A DNA stretch of 64,000 bases from Promethearchaeota archaeon (GCA_016840085.1 JAEOTA010000018.1:140888-204887), one strand, 5' to 3'. Shown: positions 40,866-51,481, counted from the stretch's first letter. The notes: a model not told the origin generated them from the letters alone. Made by a program: numbers and translations.

Positions 40866-42107
40866 TCACTTGAATTTTCTTTGTGGCTCATCAGACATGA
40901 CCACATGGGTAATTAAATTAATAGACCCTCCCCAACCGTGTCCTACTGCAGTATGAATCGTTTTAGGTACTTGATTACCAGCCTTTCCCATGATTTGTAG
41001 AGCTGCTTCAGCGGGTCTTTCCATGGCAGAAGCTCCAATTGCATTGGTAGAATTAACACCTCCAGAACAATTTATGGGTAATTCTCCATTAAACGCAGTA
41101 ACTCCATTTCTATAAGCTTCTGGAGCGGTATTTTCTTCAAAAAGCCCAATTCTTTCAACCCACATCAATTCTTGGTTTGGAAATGGAGAATAAACTTCTG
41201 CATAATCAATCTCTTTATTAGGAAAAGAAATTCCTGCTTGACCATATGCAACTTCAGCTGATTTCATTGCTCCTAGTTGCTCACACGGATCAACCTGTCC
41301 AGCACCTCCACAATCAATTCCTATAATAGCTGATTCATTGCTATAACTAGCAACACCGTTAATATAAACAGGAATATCTACTATTTGTCTTGCTTTTTCT
41401 TCGGTTGTAATTAACATGGCACAAGCTCCATCAGAAGTTGGACATACCATCCCAAATCTTAAAGGATATGATATATATGGAGTATCTAATACATCCTCTA
41501 TAGTAATTGTTGGCATTTTTAAATGAGTCCACCAATTTTTTGCAGCATTTCTTCTATTTTGGACAACTACTCGGGCGAGATCTTCTTCTGTTGCTCTACT
41601 CCGTCTCATATAATTCATAGCTTGGTAAGAAGCAACTCCTATCGCTGCTCCTGCACCAAAATTAGCTAGCAATCTATCATAAGTATACCCAATATAAGGA
41701 AAAATTGAGAACTCACCTAAACCTACTGATCCTAAACCTACCGAAGTATCACCACACGATTGTTGTTCAAAACCAACTACCAAAACCATATCATGTATTC
41801 CTGATGCGACGCTATAGTATCCAGCGATAGTAACAGACCCACCTGTTGTTCCTCCGGTAGTTACTCTTAACATTGGTTTATTATAAGCAGCCATATGATC
41901 CCCCATCCACAACTCAGGTATATTAGCACCTTCAAAAGCAGGCATGTTACCATTTACGAGCGCATCTATATCCTTCCAATCTACATTAGTTTTCTTCAGA
42001 CAGTCTTCTATAGCTTCGTTTACTAGTTCCGCCATATTGACATCTGATCGTTTTGAAGCATGCTCGCTAAAACCACAGCTTATTATTGCTGGTTGTACTT
42101 TTGACAT
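40866..42107 (-). CDS. Thiolase-fold protein, Ltp3-like
   Basis: RVTTGGTTGGS; close paralog of 23519-24766. Confidence 0.85.
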   Translation of the reverse strand: MSKVQPAIISCGFSEHASKRSDVNMAELVNEAIEDCLKKTNVDWKDIDALVNGNMPAFEGANIPELWMGDHMAAYNKPMLRVTTGGTTGGSVTIAGYYSVASGIHDMVLVVGFEQQSCGDTSVGLGSVGLGEFSIFPYIGYTYDRLLANFGAGAAIGVASYQAMNYMRRSRATEEDLARVVVQNRRNAAKNWWTHLKMPTITIEDVLDTPYISYPLRFGMVCPTSDGACAMLITTEEKARQIVDIPVYINGVASYSNESAIIGIDCGGAGQVDPCEQLGAMKSAEVAYGQAGISFPNKEIDYAEVYSPFPNQELMWVERIGLFEENTAPEAYRNGVTAFNGELPINCSGGVNSTNAIGASAMERPAEAALQIMGKAGNQVPKTIHTAVGHGWGGSINLITHVVMSDEPQRKFK

Positions 42108-43244
42108 TTATTTCTCACCTCCTTCTAACACAAATAATACATTATTTTGAGCACAAAAACCTATTTGCCCGGTGGCAACAGCTTTTTTAACATCAGATAT
42201 TTGGTGTCCTTCTGCTTCGCCTCGGATTTGCTTAGCTGCTTCTACTATTCTTGTCAAACCACATGCACAAGGTGTGAAAGCGCTCATAGCTCCTCCAGAA
42301 GGATTTAAAACAGGACCATCATTTAATAAATATACACCTTTCCCCTTTTCACATAAACCAGTTGCTTCAGCTAAAATCACCTCTTCACATGCTGTATGCC
42401 CAAATATTTCAGCTACATCAATTTCATTTTTTGGATCATTTATTTCGGCTAGTTTGTACGCTTTTTCAGCAGCTTTTTCCATTGAAACACTAACGCTTAA
42501 ATCTCTGTCACCTAAATAATATGTCTCTTGACAATGTCCAACGCCAGTTATCCATACTGGATTTTCTGTAATTTTTAAACTTTGTCTTTCTGGAGCAAGA
42601 ATTAATGCAGTAGCACCATCACAAAGCATTGGATACATTAATTCCCTTAAAGGGGCACTTAAAACTTTGGAATTTAAAATGTCTTGAACGGTTATGCCGG
42701 CTTTCTGAGCATCTGGTAAAGCTAGGAGATTTTTAGATGAATTTTTTAAATTGTGTACAGCAATCTTCGCGATATCTTCTTCGGGGACTCTATAAGTTTT
42801 CATATAGGATTTCATTTGAAGTCCACCTGCAGTATATGGATTCAATAGATTAATTTGTCTATCGAATGTAGGATCTGTTTCCAAAATTCTTGCTATCTCA
42901 TAAGGGAAGCAAGAAGGCATGCTAAATCCGTAAATCATAGCCAACTTATGATTCCCAGAAAGAATCCTATATAAACCATACAATGCTGCATAAGCACCAT
43001 CCATTTCTACTTTACTTTCATCTTTCATGTATGCTCCACCTGCTTCCACTTTGAATGTGTTCGAAATTGTCTTACCATCGTAATAGTCGTTAGTGCACGA
43101 GACTACTGTTGTAATATCTTTTCGTTTTAATTTTGCAGAATTTAAAGCGCCTTTTACAGCAGTGTATATCATTTCATATGGGCTCATCATCGCATCCAAC
43201 TCAGGTTTTACTTGATAATAACCTACTATTCCTACTTTTTCCAT
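42108..43244 (-). CDS. Thiolase-fold protein, Ltp4-like
   Basis: ESKVEMDGA; close paralog of 22374-23516. Confidence 0.85.
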   Translation of the reverse strand: MEKVGIVGYYQVKPELDAMMSPYEMIYTAVKGALNSAKLKRKDITTVVSCTNDYYDGKTISNTFKVEAGGAYMKDESKVEMDGAYAALYGLYRILSGNHKLAMIYGFSMPSCFPYEIARILETDPTFDRQINLLNPYTAGGLQMKSYMKTYRVPEEDIAKIAVHNLKNSSKNLLALPDAQKAGITVQDILNSKVLSAPLRELMYPMLCDGATALILAPERQSLKITENPVWITGVGHCQETYYLGDRDLSVSVSMEKAAEKAYKLAEINDPKNEIDVAEIFGHTACEEVILAEATGLCEKGKGVYLLNDGPVLNPSGGAMSAFTPCACGLTRIVEAAKQIRGEAEGHQISDVKKAVATGQIGFCAQNNVLFVLEGGEK

Positions 43245-43246
43245 TG

Positions 43247-43726
43247 CTATACACCTCCAAATGGTTCAAATCCTTGAATGTCTTGCGGACGACCCATAGG
43301 ATTATTTGCCCATACTACTTTCACCTTCATCTCCTCCCTTATATCTTCACCATTTACATTAATAATAGGTACTATCATGGCAGTATCAGCACCATCTAAT
43401 TGAACCAACCCAACTATTACACCATCTTTGCGTATTCTAATTTTCCTTTCTGAAATAATATAATTTGTCACAGTAAAGTTTTTTAAAGTTCCAATTTCAG
43501 GTAAATCTACAAAATCTTCTGATTTTGCAAAACATATTCCACATCTATTTCTTGGTGGTACCATGACTCTACCACACTTGGAGCATTTTGTTCCAATAAA
43601 TTTCTTGTTTTTCAAGCTTTCGAAGAATGCATCCATTACTAAGCCAACCCAAAAGTTAAACTCGGCACGTACTATACCACTTGTAATAAAAACATCTTTA
43701 TCTTCTTTTAATATATTTTTTGAAAT
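43247..43726 (-). CDS. DUF35 Zn-ribbon/OB-fold protein (probable ATT start at 43726)
   Basis: CSKC..PPRNRCGIC; the frame upstream of ATG 43636 encodes GIVRAEFNFWVG, matching paralog 21897 (GLIRAEFNFWVG). Confidence 0.85.
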   Translation of the reverse strand: MSKNILKEDKDVFITSGIVRAEFNFWVGLVMDAFFESLKNKKFIGTKCSKCGRVMVPPRNRCGICFAKSEDFVDLPEIGTLKNFTVTNYIISERKIRIRKDGVIVGLVQLDGADTAMIVPIINVNGEDIREEMKVKVVWANNPMGRPQDIQGFEPFGGV

Positions 43727-44121
43727 GATTATTTCACCTAATTACATTAAAAAAATTTGTTAATAATGTAGTTTAGGAATTTTGCTATTTATATGTTCAT
43801 GAAGTAATTTAAAAAATGATCATATATCATAAAAAATTTTTCAGTAATTCGATTTCATATGATCTAGGACTCTTATTTATGAAAATAAATAAGATTACAA
43901 AAAAAAATCTAAAAATCCTTATGTTTTTCATAGATATCATTTATTTTTTTAAAAAAATATCACAAAAAAAAAGCTTAAATATAAATTCTATTATAAAATT
44001 GTTGTAAAAATTTAATAAATAAAGCTATAAGTGTCAATTTTTCAAATTAGGTTTTTTTTACTATGTCTAAACTAATAATTTAAGATAAGAAAGAGGTGTC
44101 ATTTCTATTTCTCAAGATGAA

Positions 44122-44808
44122 ATGAAAGAATTAACAGAAAATCTTGATGAAAAAATAGTACAAAATTTACAAGAAAAAGTTTCCGAATATTCTGCTAAAA
44201 TTAATGAACTTGCAGAAACTCTATCAAAAAAAAGTGAAGAATTAGAAAATCTGACAAAAAATCATAGTGATTTAAATTCTAAATTAGAAGAAGCAGAATT
44301 AAATTTAGAAAATAAAGCGAGTGAACTTAATAAATTAAATTCGGAGATTTATGATTTAAAGAAGACTGTTTCTTTACAAGAGGACGAAATTAATAAATTA
44401 AATACAGAAGTTAACGAATTGAAACAAAAAAATGAGGAACTAACCAATACACTCCAAGAAAAAGAAAAGAAAATAAAAGAATTAAACGATGGACTTACAG
44501 ATAAAGAAAATCAAATCAAGGAACAAAATGATAGACTAACAGATAAAGAAAAAGTTATTGATGAACACAAAGCTAAATTAGAACAAGCTGAAGCAGAATT
44601 AGAAAAAGCTAAAATAGAATTATCAGAGTTGAAACCTCAGGAACCGACAATATATACAAGTGAAGAAAGATTGATTTGCCCGCGCTGTGGTGCAAAAGGG
44701 AAAGATTTAAAATCTGAAGAAGATAAAAGTAAAGTACTTGGATACGTTGGACATAGTCCTCTTTACGCTAAGAAGAATGTATGTAAAAAGTGTGGTTATG
44801 ACTTCTAA
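44122..44808 (+). CDS. Coiled-coil protein with C-terminal zinc ribbon (may start at ATT 44107)
   Basis: About 170 aa of heptads then CPRCG...CKKCG. Confidence 0.8.
   Translation: MKELTENLDEKIVQNLQEKVSEYSAKINELAETLSKKSEELENLTKNHSDLNSKLEEAELNLENKASELNKLNSEIYDLKKTVSLQEDEINKLNTEVNELKQKNEELTNTLQEKEKKIKELNDGLTDKENQIKEQNDRLTDKEKVIDEHKAKLEQAEAELEKAKIELSELKPQEPTIYTSEERLICPRCGAKGKDLKSEEDKSKVLGYVGHSPLYAKKNVCKKCGYDF
44494..44577 (+). repeat. Imperfect 42-nt tandem coding repeat
   Basis: ACAGATAAAGAAAA occurs twice 42 nt apart (LTDKENQIKEQNDR / LTDKEKVIDEHKAK). Confidence 0.6.
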
Positions 44809-44956
44809 TTAAATTATTTTATTTCTTTTTTAATCTATTTAACCTATACTTTATTTTACAATTAAAATTAAATAGAAAAAAATTTAGATAGCTTTTTTAC
44901 TTCTAAAAAAGAAGATATAAACAATGTTAATTTTTATTTGTAAAGTGAGATAAGAG

Positions 44957-45979
44957 TTGATTAAAACAAGAATTACAGATAAATTTGGAATAAAATATCC
45001 AATTATTAGCGCTCCAATGGGTCCATTTTATACAACTAAATTGACTGTCGCTGTTTCTGAAGCTGGCGGACTTGGTGTTCTAAGCCACGTGACTTTACGA
45101 GGTAAAAATCCAGTAAAAGATTTTAAAGAACAATTAGATTATGTTATCGAACATACTGATAAACCATTTGGTTTAAATATAAGAACTGCTCGCATTCAAA
45201 CTGATCATAAAGTATTATTAAGAAAAATTCCTCAATGGCGTAAAGAAAACCCAAAACTTAGAGAACAATTAATTTATGGAGTAACCAGTGCTGGAGGTCC
45301 TCGAATTGCTGGAAAGATGTGGAAGGAAAAAGCACCTGACATGTATCACTTCCACGTTGGTCCCGCATTATGGTTAGTAGATAAAATAGTGGAATCTGGT
45401 TGTGATGGTATTGTAGCTACTGGAACAGAAGGAGGAGGTCATCAAAGCTATGAAGGGATCACTACATTGGTGTTGGTACAACAAGTTGCGCAAAAGTATC
45501 CTGAAAAATTGTTAGTAGCATGTGGAGGTTTTTCTAGCCCTGAAGGGGTAGCTGCGGGATTAGCTATGGGAGCTGATGCTATAGCAATGGGAACTCGATT
45601 TATTGCTTCTATTCAGAGTGAGTTTCATCAAAATTATAAGGATCTTATACCTCCTGCAACAGCTCGAGACACTATGCTCACAACTGGGGGATTTGGTCCC
45701 ATTCGTTTATTAAAAAATAAGTATTGTTTAAAACATGGAAAAGTGATGGCTAAAGAAGATAAAATTTCTCAAGAGAGGGTTTATGAGATGGCTGAATATC
45801 TCGAAGACCTGCATAGATATGAAATTGTCTATACTGAAGGAGATGTAGATAATGGGGCTATACCAGTAGGTCAAACATGTGGGTTAATTGATGCTATAAT
45901 AGATGTAGATGATATTATAAGTGGGTTTACAAAAAAAGCTGAGGAATTATTAAAAAAAATATGCTCAAATATCTCTTAA
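44957..45979 (+). CDS. Nitronate monooxygenase / FabK-like flavoprotein
   Basis: PIISAPMG, AVSEAGGLG, G.EGGGH, A.GG and MGTRF motifs. Confidence 0.9.
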   Translation: MIKTRITDKFGIKYPIISAPMGPFYTTKLTVAVSEAGGLGVLSHVTLRGKNPVKDFKEQLDYVIEHTDKPFGLNIRTARIQTDHKVLLRKIPQWRKENPKLREQLIYGVTSAGGPRIAGKMWKEKAPDMYHFHVGPALWLVDKIVESGCDGIVATGTEGGGHQSYEGITTLVLVQQVAQKYPEKLLVACGGFSSPEGVAAGLAMGADAIAMGTRFIASIQSEFHQNYKDLIPPATARDTMLTTGGFGPIRLLKNKYCLKHGKVMAKEDKISQERVYEMAEYLEDLHRYEIVYTEGDVDNGAIPVGQTCGLIDAIIDVDDIISGFTKKAEELLKKICSNIS

Positions 45980-46041
45980 AAATATATTTTTTCTACTTTT
46001 TATAAAATATTAAATAAAAAATTAAAATTAAAAAAAAAGTT

Positions 46042-47844
46042 TTATTCTCCTTCTTTACGTAATTCTCTTCTTAATATCTTTCCAACAACAGACTTAGGTA
46101 ATTCAGGGACGATTTCAATTATTCTTGGATATTTCAATGGACCGATATTATCCTTACACCATTCCATTAGATCCTCTTCAGTAACTTTCCCTTGATATTC
46201 TGGTTTTAATGATACAAAAGCCTTGATAGTTTGAACTGCTTCTGGGTCTGGCACTCCAATAACTCCTACTTCATTTACAGCTTCGTGCATATAGATGAGA
46301 TCTTCAACTTCTCTGGGGAATACACCATGTCCTTTATATTTTATCATATCACGCTTTCTATCTTTAATGCGGAGATATCCGTCTTTATCTATACACCCAA
46401 TATCTGCGGTGTAATACCATTTAATTCCTTTAGAATCCTTCCTTAAAGCATATTCAGTATCTTCCTTTCTTCCTAAATACCCTAACATAACTTGAGGACC
46501 TGTACCACAGATTTCACCAATATATTTGAATTCATCTGGACCACAATTTTCGCAGCTTTCATTTGGGCATTGAGGTAAAATTTTTGTACCCTCCTCTGCA
46601 TCCACTATCTTAACAAAAGTATCTGATAATGGAAAACCAACTGTGTTAGTTTTTTGAAGCTCTTTTATAAAGGGATTTAGTGATAAAACTGGAGAGAGTT
46701 CTGACATCCCATATCCCTCAACAAGACTAGCTCCTGTAATTTCTTCGAATTCTTTTTTAATTTCCTCAGGTAACGCACTAGCAGCTGAAATACATGCTAT
46801 TAGCGAATCTAACTTCCCTTTATATTTTTTAGAATCAGGATCTTGGTTAATTTTTATATAAAGAGTGGGAACTCCTGGCATGTAAGTTGCTTTTTCCTTA
46901 GCTATATCTTTCAAAATTTTTGATATTTTATCTGGAGGTCGTGGTAATAAAATCATTTTCCATCCTTCTAATACTGATACCGTCATTCCTATATTTCCAA
47001 AAGCATGAGCAAGTGGCACTACTATTAACATTCCCCCTTTACCCTTTAACTGATTCATTTCTGGAAGTTGTTTTGTTGCCCAAATATCCGTTTGTTGAGC
47101 ATTCACCACCATATTATAGTGTGAGGTCATAACACCTTTTGGGACTCCCGTAGTTCCCCCTGTATATATGAGAATAGCCGGGTCATTCTTGATATCGATA
47201 TCTACTTTAGGTACATTAATAGGTATTCCACTCTGTAATATATCTTGGTATTTATGGAAGATTATATCACCTACTTTTTCTGGCCATTTTTTCATCCTAG
47301 GAACCTTACCTAAAGCAGTTCCGAGTTTTGCTTTCATTTTAGGTAGATACTCTCCAAGTCCAGTCAAAATAATTTTCTCTAAGGTAGGCATTTTGCTAAG
47401 ATCTTTCCCTAAAAGATATTCTTCATATAGGTAATCTAATATTAGCAACACTTTAGCTTTTGAATCATTTACTTGGTGAACAATTTCTACAAATCGGTTT
47501 ACTGGAAGTATTGGGTTAGATATTGCTCCAATTCGAACAACTGCCCAATGAGCGATAACAAATTGAGGAACGTTCGGTAAATCAATACATACAACATCAC
47601 CTTTTTTAACACCTAGTTTAGAAAGTCCTGTAGCAAATTGGTCTACTAATGTATCTAACTCTAAATAAGTCATTCGAAAACCTTCAAAGAAAATCGCCTG
47701 AGAATCAGGATACTGTATAGCTGTTCTACTTAGAAGTTCTCCTAAAGGAACCTCGTCATAATCAAAATGTCGTGGGACCTCTTTTGGCCAATTTTTATCA
47801 ATACCATAAAATTTTATTAGTTCTTCTTGACTCATTTCGATCAA
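46042..47844 (-). CDS. Long-chain fatty-acid--CoA ligase
   Basis: YTGGTTGVPKG, EGYGMSE, DRKRDMI and LPKSVVGKILRR motifs; likely ATG at 47835. Confidence 0.93.
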   Translation of the reverse strand: MIEMSQEELIKFYGIDKNWPKEVPRHFDYDEVPLGELLSRTAIQYPDSQAIFFEGFRMTYLELDTLVDQFATGLSKLGVKKGDVVCIDLPNVPQFVIAHWAVVRIGAISNPILPVNRFVEIVHQVNDSKAKVLLILDYLYEEYLLGKDLSKMPTLEKIILTGLGEYLPKMKAKLGTALGKVPRMKKWPEKVGDIIFHKYQDILQSGIPINVPKVDIDIKNDPAILIYTGGTTGVPKGVMTSHYNMVVNAQQTDIWATKQLPEMNQLKGKGGMLIVVPLAHAFGNIGMTVSVLEGWKMILLPRPPDKISKILKDIAKEKATYMPGVPTLYIKINQDPDSKKYKGKLDSLIACISAASALPEEIKKEFEEITGASLVEGYGMSELSPVLSLNPFIKELQKTNTVGFPLSDTFVKIVDAEEGTKILPQCPNESCENCGPDEFKYIGEICGTGPQVMLGYLGRKEDTEYALRKDSKGIKWYYTADIGCIDKDGYLRIKDRKRDMIKYKGHGVFPREVEDLIYMHEAVNEVGVIGVPDPEAVQTIKAFVSLKPEYQGKVTEEDLMEWCKDNIGPLKYPRIIEIVPELPKSVVGKILRRELRKEGE

Positions 47845-47949
47845 ATTTTATGTTTTTATGTAGATGTTATAATATTCGTTTCTATTTAATAATATAAACA
47901 AATTCTTATTCAAAATCAGATTATTCATGGGAGATAAAAAGTGTCATTA

Positions 47950-48387
47950 TTAGATATTCATCTTATATAAATTCTTATCTGGGATATAGCTCATCATAAT
48001 TAAATCATCTCTTATTTCCCAACCTAAATTACGATAAAAATTAACAACTTCTTGATTATATTTTTCAATGAATAGGTGAATTTTATGTGCTCCTATTTCG
48101 CGAAATCTTTCAATTAATTTATCCATTATCACTTTTCCAAATCCTTTTTTCTGATATTCCGGATCAACAGCAAGGTGATGAATATATCCTCTTCTCCCAT
48201 CAAAACCTCCTATAACTACAGCAATTATTTTTTCGTTTAATCCCCCTATTAAAAAAAGATTAGGATTTCGAAGGAACATTTTTTCCAGTTCTTCTTTTGT
48301 ATCTGAAGACCCCACATTAATTCCTGCCTTCCTCCAAATCCTAATTACATCATCATAAAATTTCATAGAAAACTTTTCAATCATCAT
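47950..48387 (-). CDS. GNAT acetyltransferase (YpeA-like)
   Basis: GFDGRRGYIHHLAVDPEYQKKGFG and FY..LG motifs. Confidence 0.9.
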   Translation of the reverse strand: MMIEKFSMKFYDDVIRIWRKAGINVGSSDTKEELEKMFLRNPNLFLIGGLNEKIIAVVIGGFDGRRGYIHHLAVDPEYQKKGFGKVIMDKLIERFREIGAHKIHLFIEKYNQEVVNFYRNLGWEIRDDLIMMSYIPDKNLYKMNI

Positions 48388-48434
48388 ATTAATAAAATCT
48401 CATTAGAGTTTTTTCTTTTAGTTTTAAATTTGAT

Positions 48435-50522
48435 TTATTCCTCTAATGATTCCAATGATAAGTGGTTTATTTTTTTCCTAATTTCTGTTTTGGTATCAAT
48501 AATTTCTTTTAACTTCCTTGAAATTTCTTTTCTTTTATAAATATCGGAGGGTATTGGTAATACAACTTCCATAATCCTATTTCCTATAGTAGCTATTGTT
48601 CCTTGTACAAAAGTAATTGCTTGAATTTGTTTTTGGACAATATCAAGGTTTAGAAGATATAAAAGTAGGTAAGAATCAATCATCTCATTATTGGGTAAGG
48701 TTTTTATTTGAAAAATATGGCTCTGAATTATAATTTTTGTGTCTAATTCTGTAATATAGGCTGTTTTGCCGATTAAGTTAGGACCGCCATCCTTTACTAA
48801 AAGTATATCTCCAACTTCAATATTTTGTTTATCTTTATATTGCTCATAAACTTCTTCCGATGTTTTTTTATGCGAGTCGAGGTTAATTTCCCAATTACTC
48901 ATCTCGCTTGTTCGAATAAAGGGTATATCACCTAATCCATATACTGAAGAACCAATTTCTGCCCCGCGTGGCAGGTAACCATTTTTATTCGTGTATATAA
49001 TTTTTTTATCAACTAAGTCTTTTATCCTTAGAGTTGAAAAATTTTGATTATTTTCAAGTTGTTTCAGTGTTTTTTCAACACCAGTATAATAACTGGGAAT
49101 AAAAATATTGTTTTTAGTTTGACTAAAGTTGATTTTAAAGATTTTTTGTTCTTTTTCATAATTAAATTCTTCAGCCTTTTGGAGTTTAATGCTTAAATCT
49201 ATTAGATCATCATTGATTATAGGTTCACCATTAAAATCTAATTTTTTGCTTCCATCCTTATTCAATTTAAATAAAACTTTACCATCCTTATCATGTCCAA
49301 CATTATCAACAATCATAAAATCAATTTGATAATCTTTTGGAATATTTTTTAATTTTTGAAAAAACAAAATACTGGCTTTATTACATGTATATGGTTGAAA
49401 AGTATTTTGATCCAAGCTTATAATTGCTAGAATCTTTCCATTTTGTTCTAAGTATTCCCATATATATCTATTAGTAGAGTTTCCGAATATTCCTTCAGGT
49501 AAAACAATGCCCATTTTACCATTTTCTTTTAATAACTGAACACATCGTTCTATAAATAATATTTGAGGTGGCTGTCTCTTTACTAAATATTTTTGCATCT
49601 CCCAGTGATTATCATTAACATTTTTCCATACATGACCTAATTCATAATTTTTAAGAACTTCTCTACTGTTAATAGGGATTTTAACACCAAAGGGAGGATT
49701 AGTAAATATATAATCAAAAGAGTCATTTTTAACCAATGATTTAACTTCAGAGCGATAACTTAAAATATCAAGAGAATCTTCACAAAAAATGTTTGATTTT
49801 CCACCACTTAAGATTTCTAAATATAATTTGCAAATTTTTGATAGGAATAAATCTTTATCTATGCCGTATAGGTTAGAAATAATCTTAACTTTATTTTCTT
49901 CACTATCAATTTTTGACCATAGATACTCCTTTGCTTCAAGGAGAAATCCGCCATGACCACATGCAGGATCTATGATTTTTGCTTCTATATTAGGGTCTAG
50001 ATAGCTAACCATGAATTTAACTATATTTGGAGGAGTAAAGAATTGACCTCCTTCATCCTTTAAGATTTTACTTACAAAAACCTCAAAAGCATCACTTAAA
50101 ATATCTTTAGATGATTGAAGGAGAGAAATATGTTGTAATTCTTTAACAAATAAATAAACAAGGTCATTTGTCAGTTTGATTTGGTCATTATCATCAAATA
50201 TCTCATTATATTTTTGTCTAACATTTATTTCAAAAAAAGAATTAATCCTTTCAAACAGTTCAGTTTTAAATTCTCCTTCTTTTATACAAAATTCTACTTC
50301 TTCGTCAGGTTTTTTATCTATTTCATCAACTAGCTTGCAAAGCAAAAGATTAATTATTTGCTTTGAACGTGTTCTAGTATCAGTATCGGTATATTTCAGT
50401 TTTCCATATAAATGTTGATTTATTAAGTTGAATAACTTTTTTAAATTGGCTGACCTTACCAAATCTTTCTTCTTTACTCCTCTAATTTTCTTCTCTACAA
50501 AATCAGTGATTTTAACTGGCAT
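48435..50522 (-). CDS. N6-adenine DNA methyltransferase (HsdM-like) fused to a TRD/HsdS-like domain
   Basis: GQFFTP, DPACG.GGFL, NPPFG and VLPEG motifs; C-terminal IPFIRTS..GDILL.KDG...IG TRD pattern. Confidence 0.88.
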   Translation of the reverse strand: MPVKITDFVEKKIRGVKKKDLVRSANLKKLFNLINQHLYGKLKYTDTDTRTRSKQIINLLLCKLVDEIDKKPDEEVEFCIKEGEFKTELFERINSFFEINVRQKYNEIFDDNDQIKLTNDLVYLFVKELQHISLLQSSKDILSDAFEVFVSKILKDEGGQFFTPPNIVKFMVSYLDPNIEAKIIDPACGHGGFLLEAKEYLWSKIDSEENKVKIISNLYGIDKDLFLSKICKLYLEILSGGKSNIFCEDSLDILSYRSEVKSLVKNDSFDYIFTNPPFGVKIPINSREVLKNYELGHVWKNVNDNHWEMQKYLVKRQPPQILFIERCVQLLKENGKMGIVLPEGIFGNSTNRYIWEYLEQNGKILAIISLDQNTFQPYTCNKASILFFQKLKNIPKDYQIDFMIVDNVGHDKDGKVLFKLNKDGSKKLDFNGEPIINDDLIDLSIKLQKAEEFNYEKEQKIFKINFSQTKNNIFIPSYYTGVEKTLKQLENNQNFSTLRIKDLVDKKIIYTNKNGYLPRGAEIGSSVYGLGDIPFIRTSEMSNWEINLDSHKKTSEEVYEQYKDKQNIEVGDILLVKDGGPNLIGKTAYITELDTKIIIQSHIFQIKTLPNNEMIDSYLLLYLLNLDIVQKQIQAITFVQGTIATIGNRIMEVVLPIPSDIYKRKEISRKLKEIIDTKTEIRKKINHLSLESLEE

Positions 50523-50634
50523 TTACTATGAATTAAAAGTTTGGTTGTTTTCTTTAAACGTTTATTTCTCTATTATTCATTTATATTGAATCAATTTATT
50601 ATTCTTTTTTATTAATTAAAAATTAAGGTAAATT

Positions 50635-51420
50635 ATGTCTTCAAATAATTTAGATTTTGGCGAATATATAGAATTTAACGTAAAGAAACGTTTTGGAATT
50701 ATAATTTTAAACAGAGTTCATAGATCCAATGCTTTTACAATTGAACAATTAGAAAATTTAAAGAAAGCCGTAGAATTTTGCCAGAATAATGAGAAAATTA
50801 GAGGATTGATCTTAGCTAATAATGGAACTTCATTTAGCACAGGAATAGATATAGAAGCTATTGATGGGAGTGATCATGATGCCATTAAATATTTAGAATC
50901 AACAGCAGCAACCATCTGCAAATTATTATATAATGGTAAACCGGCTATATGCGCTATTAATGGAAGAACAATGGGTGAAGGAGTAGTTTTTTCAATATGT
51001 TGCGATTATCGAATTGCTACTAAAGAAAGTTTTTTTCAAACGCCCGAAATCTTTTCCGGAATTTTTACTGGTACTGGTTGTATAATTCTCTTTTCAAAAA
51101 TTATTGGAATTCCCTGGACTAAAAAACTGTGCATGTTTGGTGAAAAAGTAAGTTCTCAGAAGGCGTTAGAAATAGGTTTAATTGATCAAATTGTAGAAGA
51201 TAAAGATGAGTTGATGAAAGAAGCCTTGGATAAAGCAAGATTTCTCTTTACAAAAAATCAAACTGTTTTAAATGCTATAAAATTGTGTAGTAATCATTTA
51301 CTTGATAGAACGTTTTATGATGCTTATGAGTTAGAAAAACAGGGATCTGCATGGTATGAATATGAAGATGGTGAACAGCTTCTTAAAAAATTTCGAGACA
51401 AATTCAATTGGAACACATAA
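50635..51420 (+). CDS. Enoyl-CoA hydratase/isomerase
   Basis: LNR...SNA, FSTGID, AING..MG.G and PE motifs. Confidence 0.88.
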   Translation: MSSNNLDFGEYIEFNVKKRFGIIILNRVHRSNAFTIEQLENLKKAVEFCQNNEKIRGLILANNGTSFSTGIDIEAIDGSDHDAIKYLESTAATICKLLYNGKPAICAINGRTMGEGVVFSICCDYRIATKESFFQTPEIFSGIFTGTGCIILFSKIIGIPWTKKLCMFGEKVSSQKALEIGLIDQIVEDKDELMKEALDKARFLFTKNQTVLNAIKLCSNHLLDRTFYDAYELEKQGSAWYEYEDGEQLLKKFRDKFNWNT

Positions 51421-51481
51421 AAATTTTAATTATTTTGGATTAAATATCATACTCTAATAAAAAATTAAGAGGATAAAAGAT

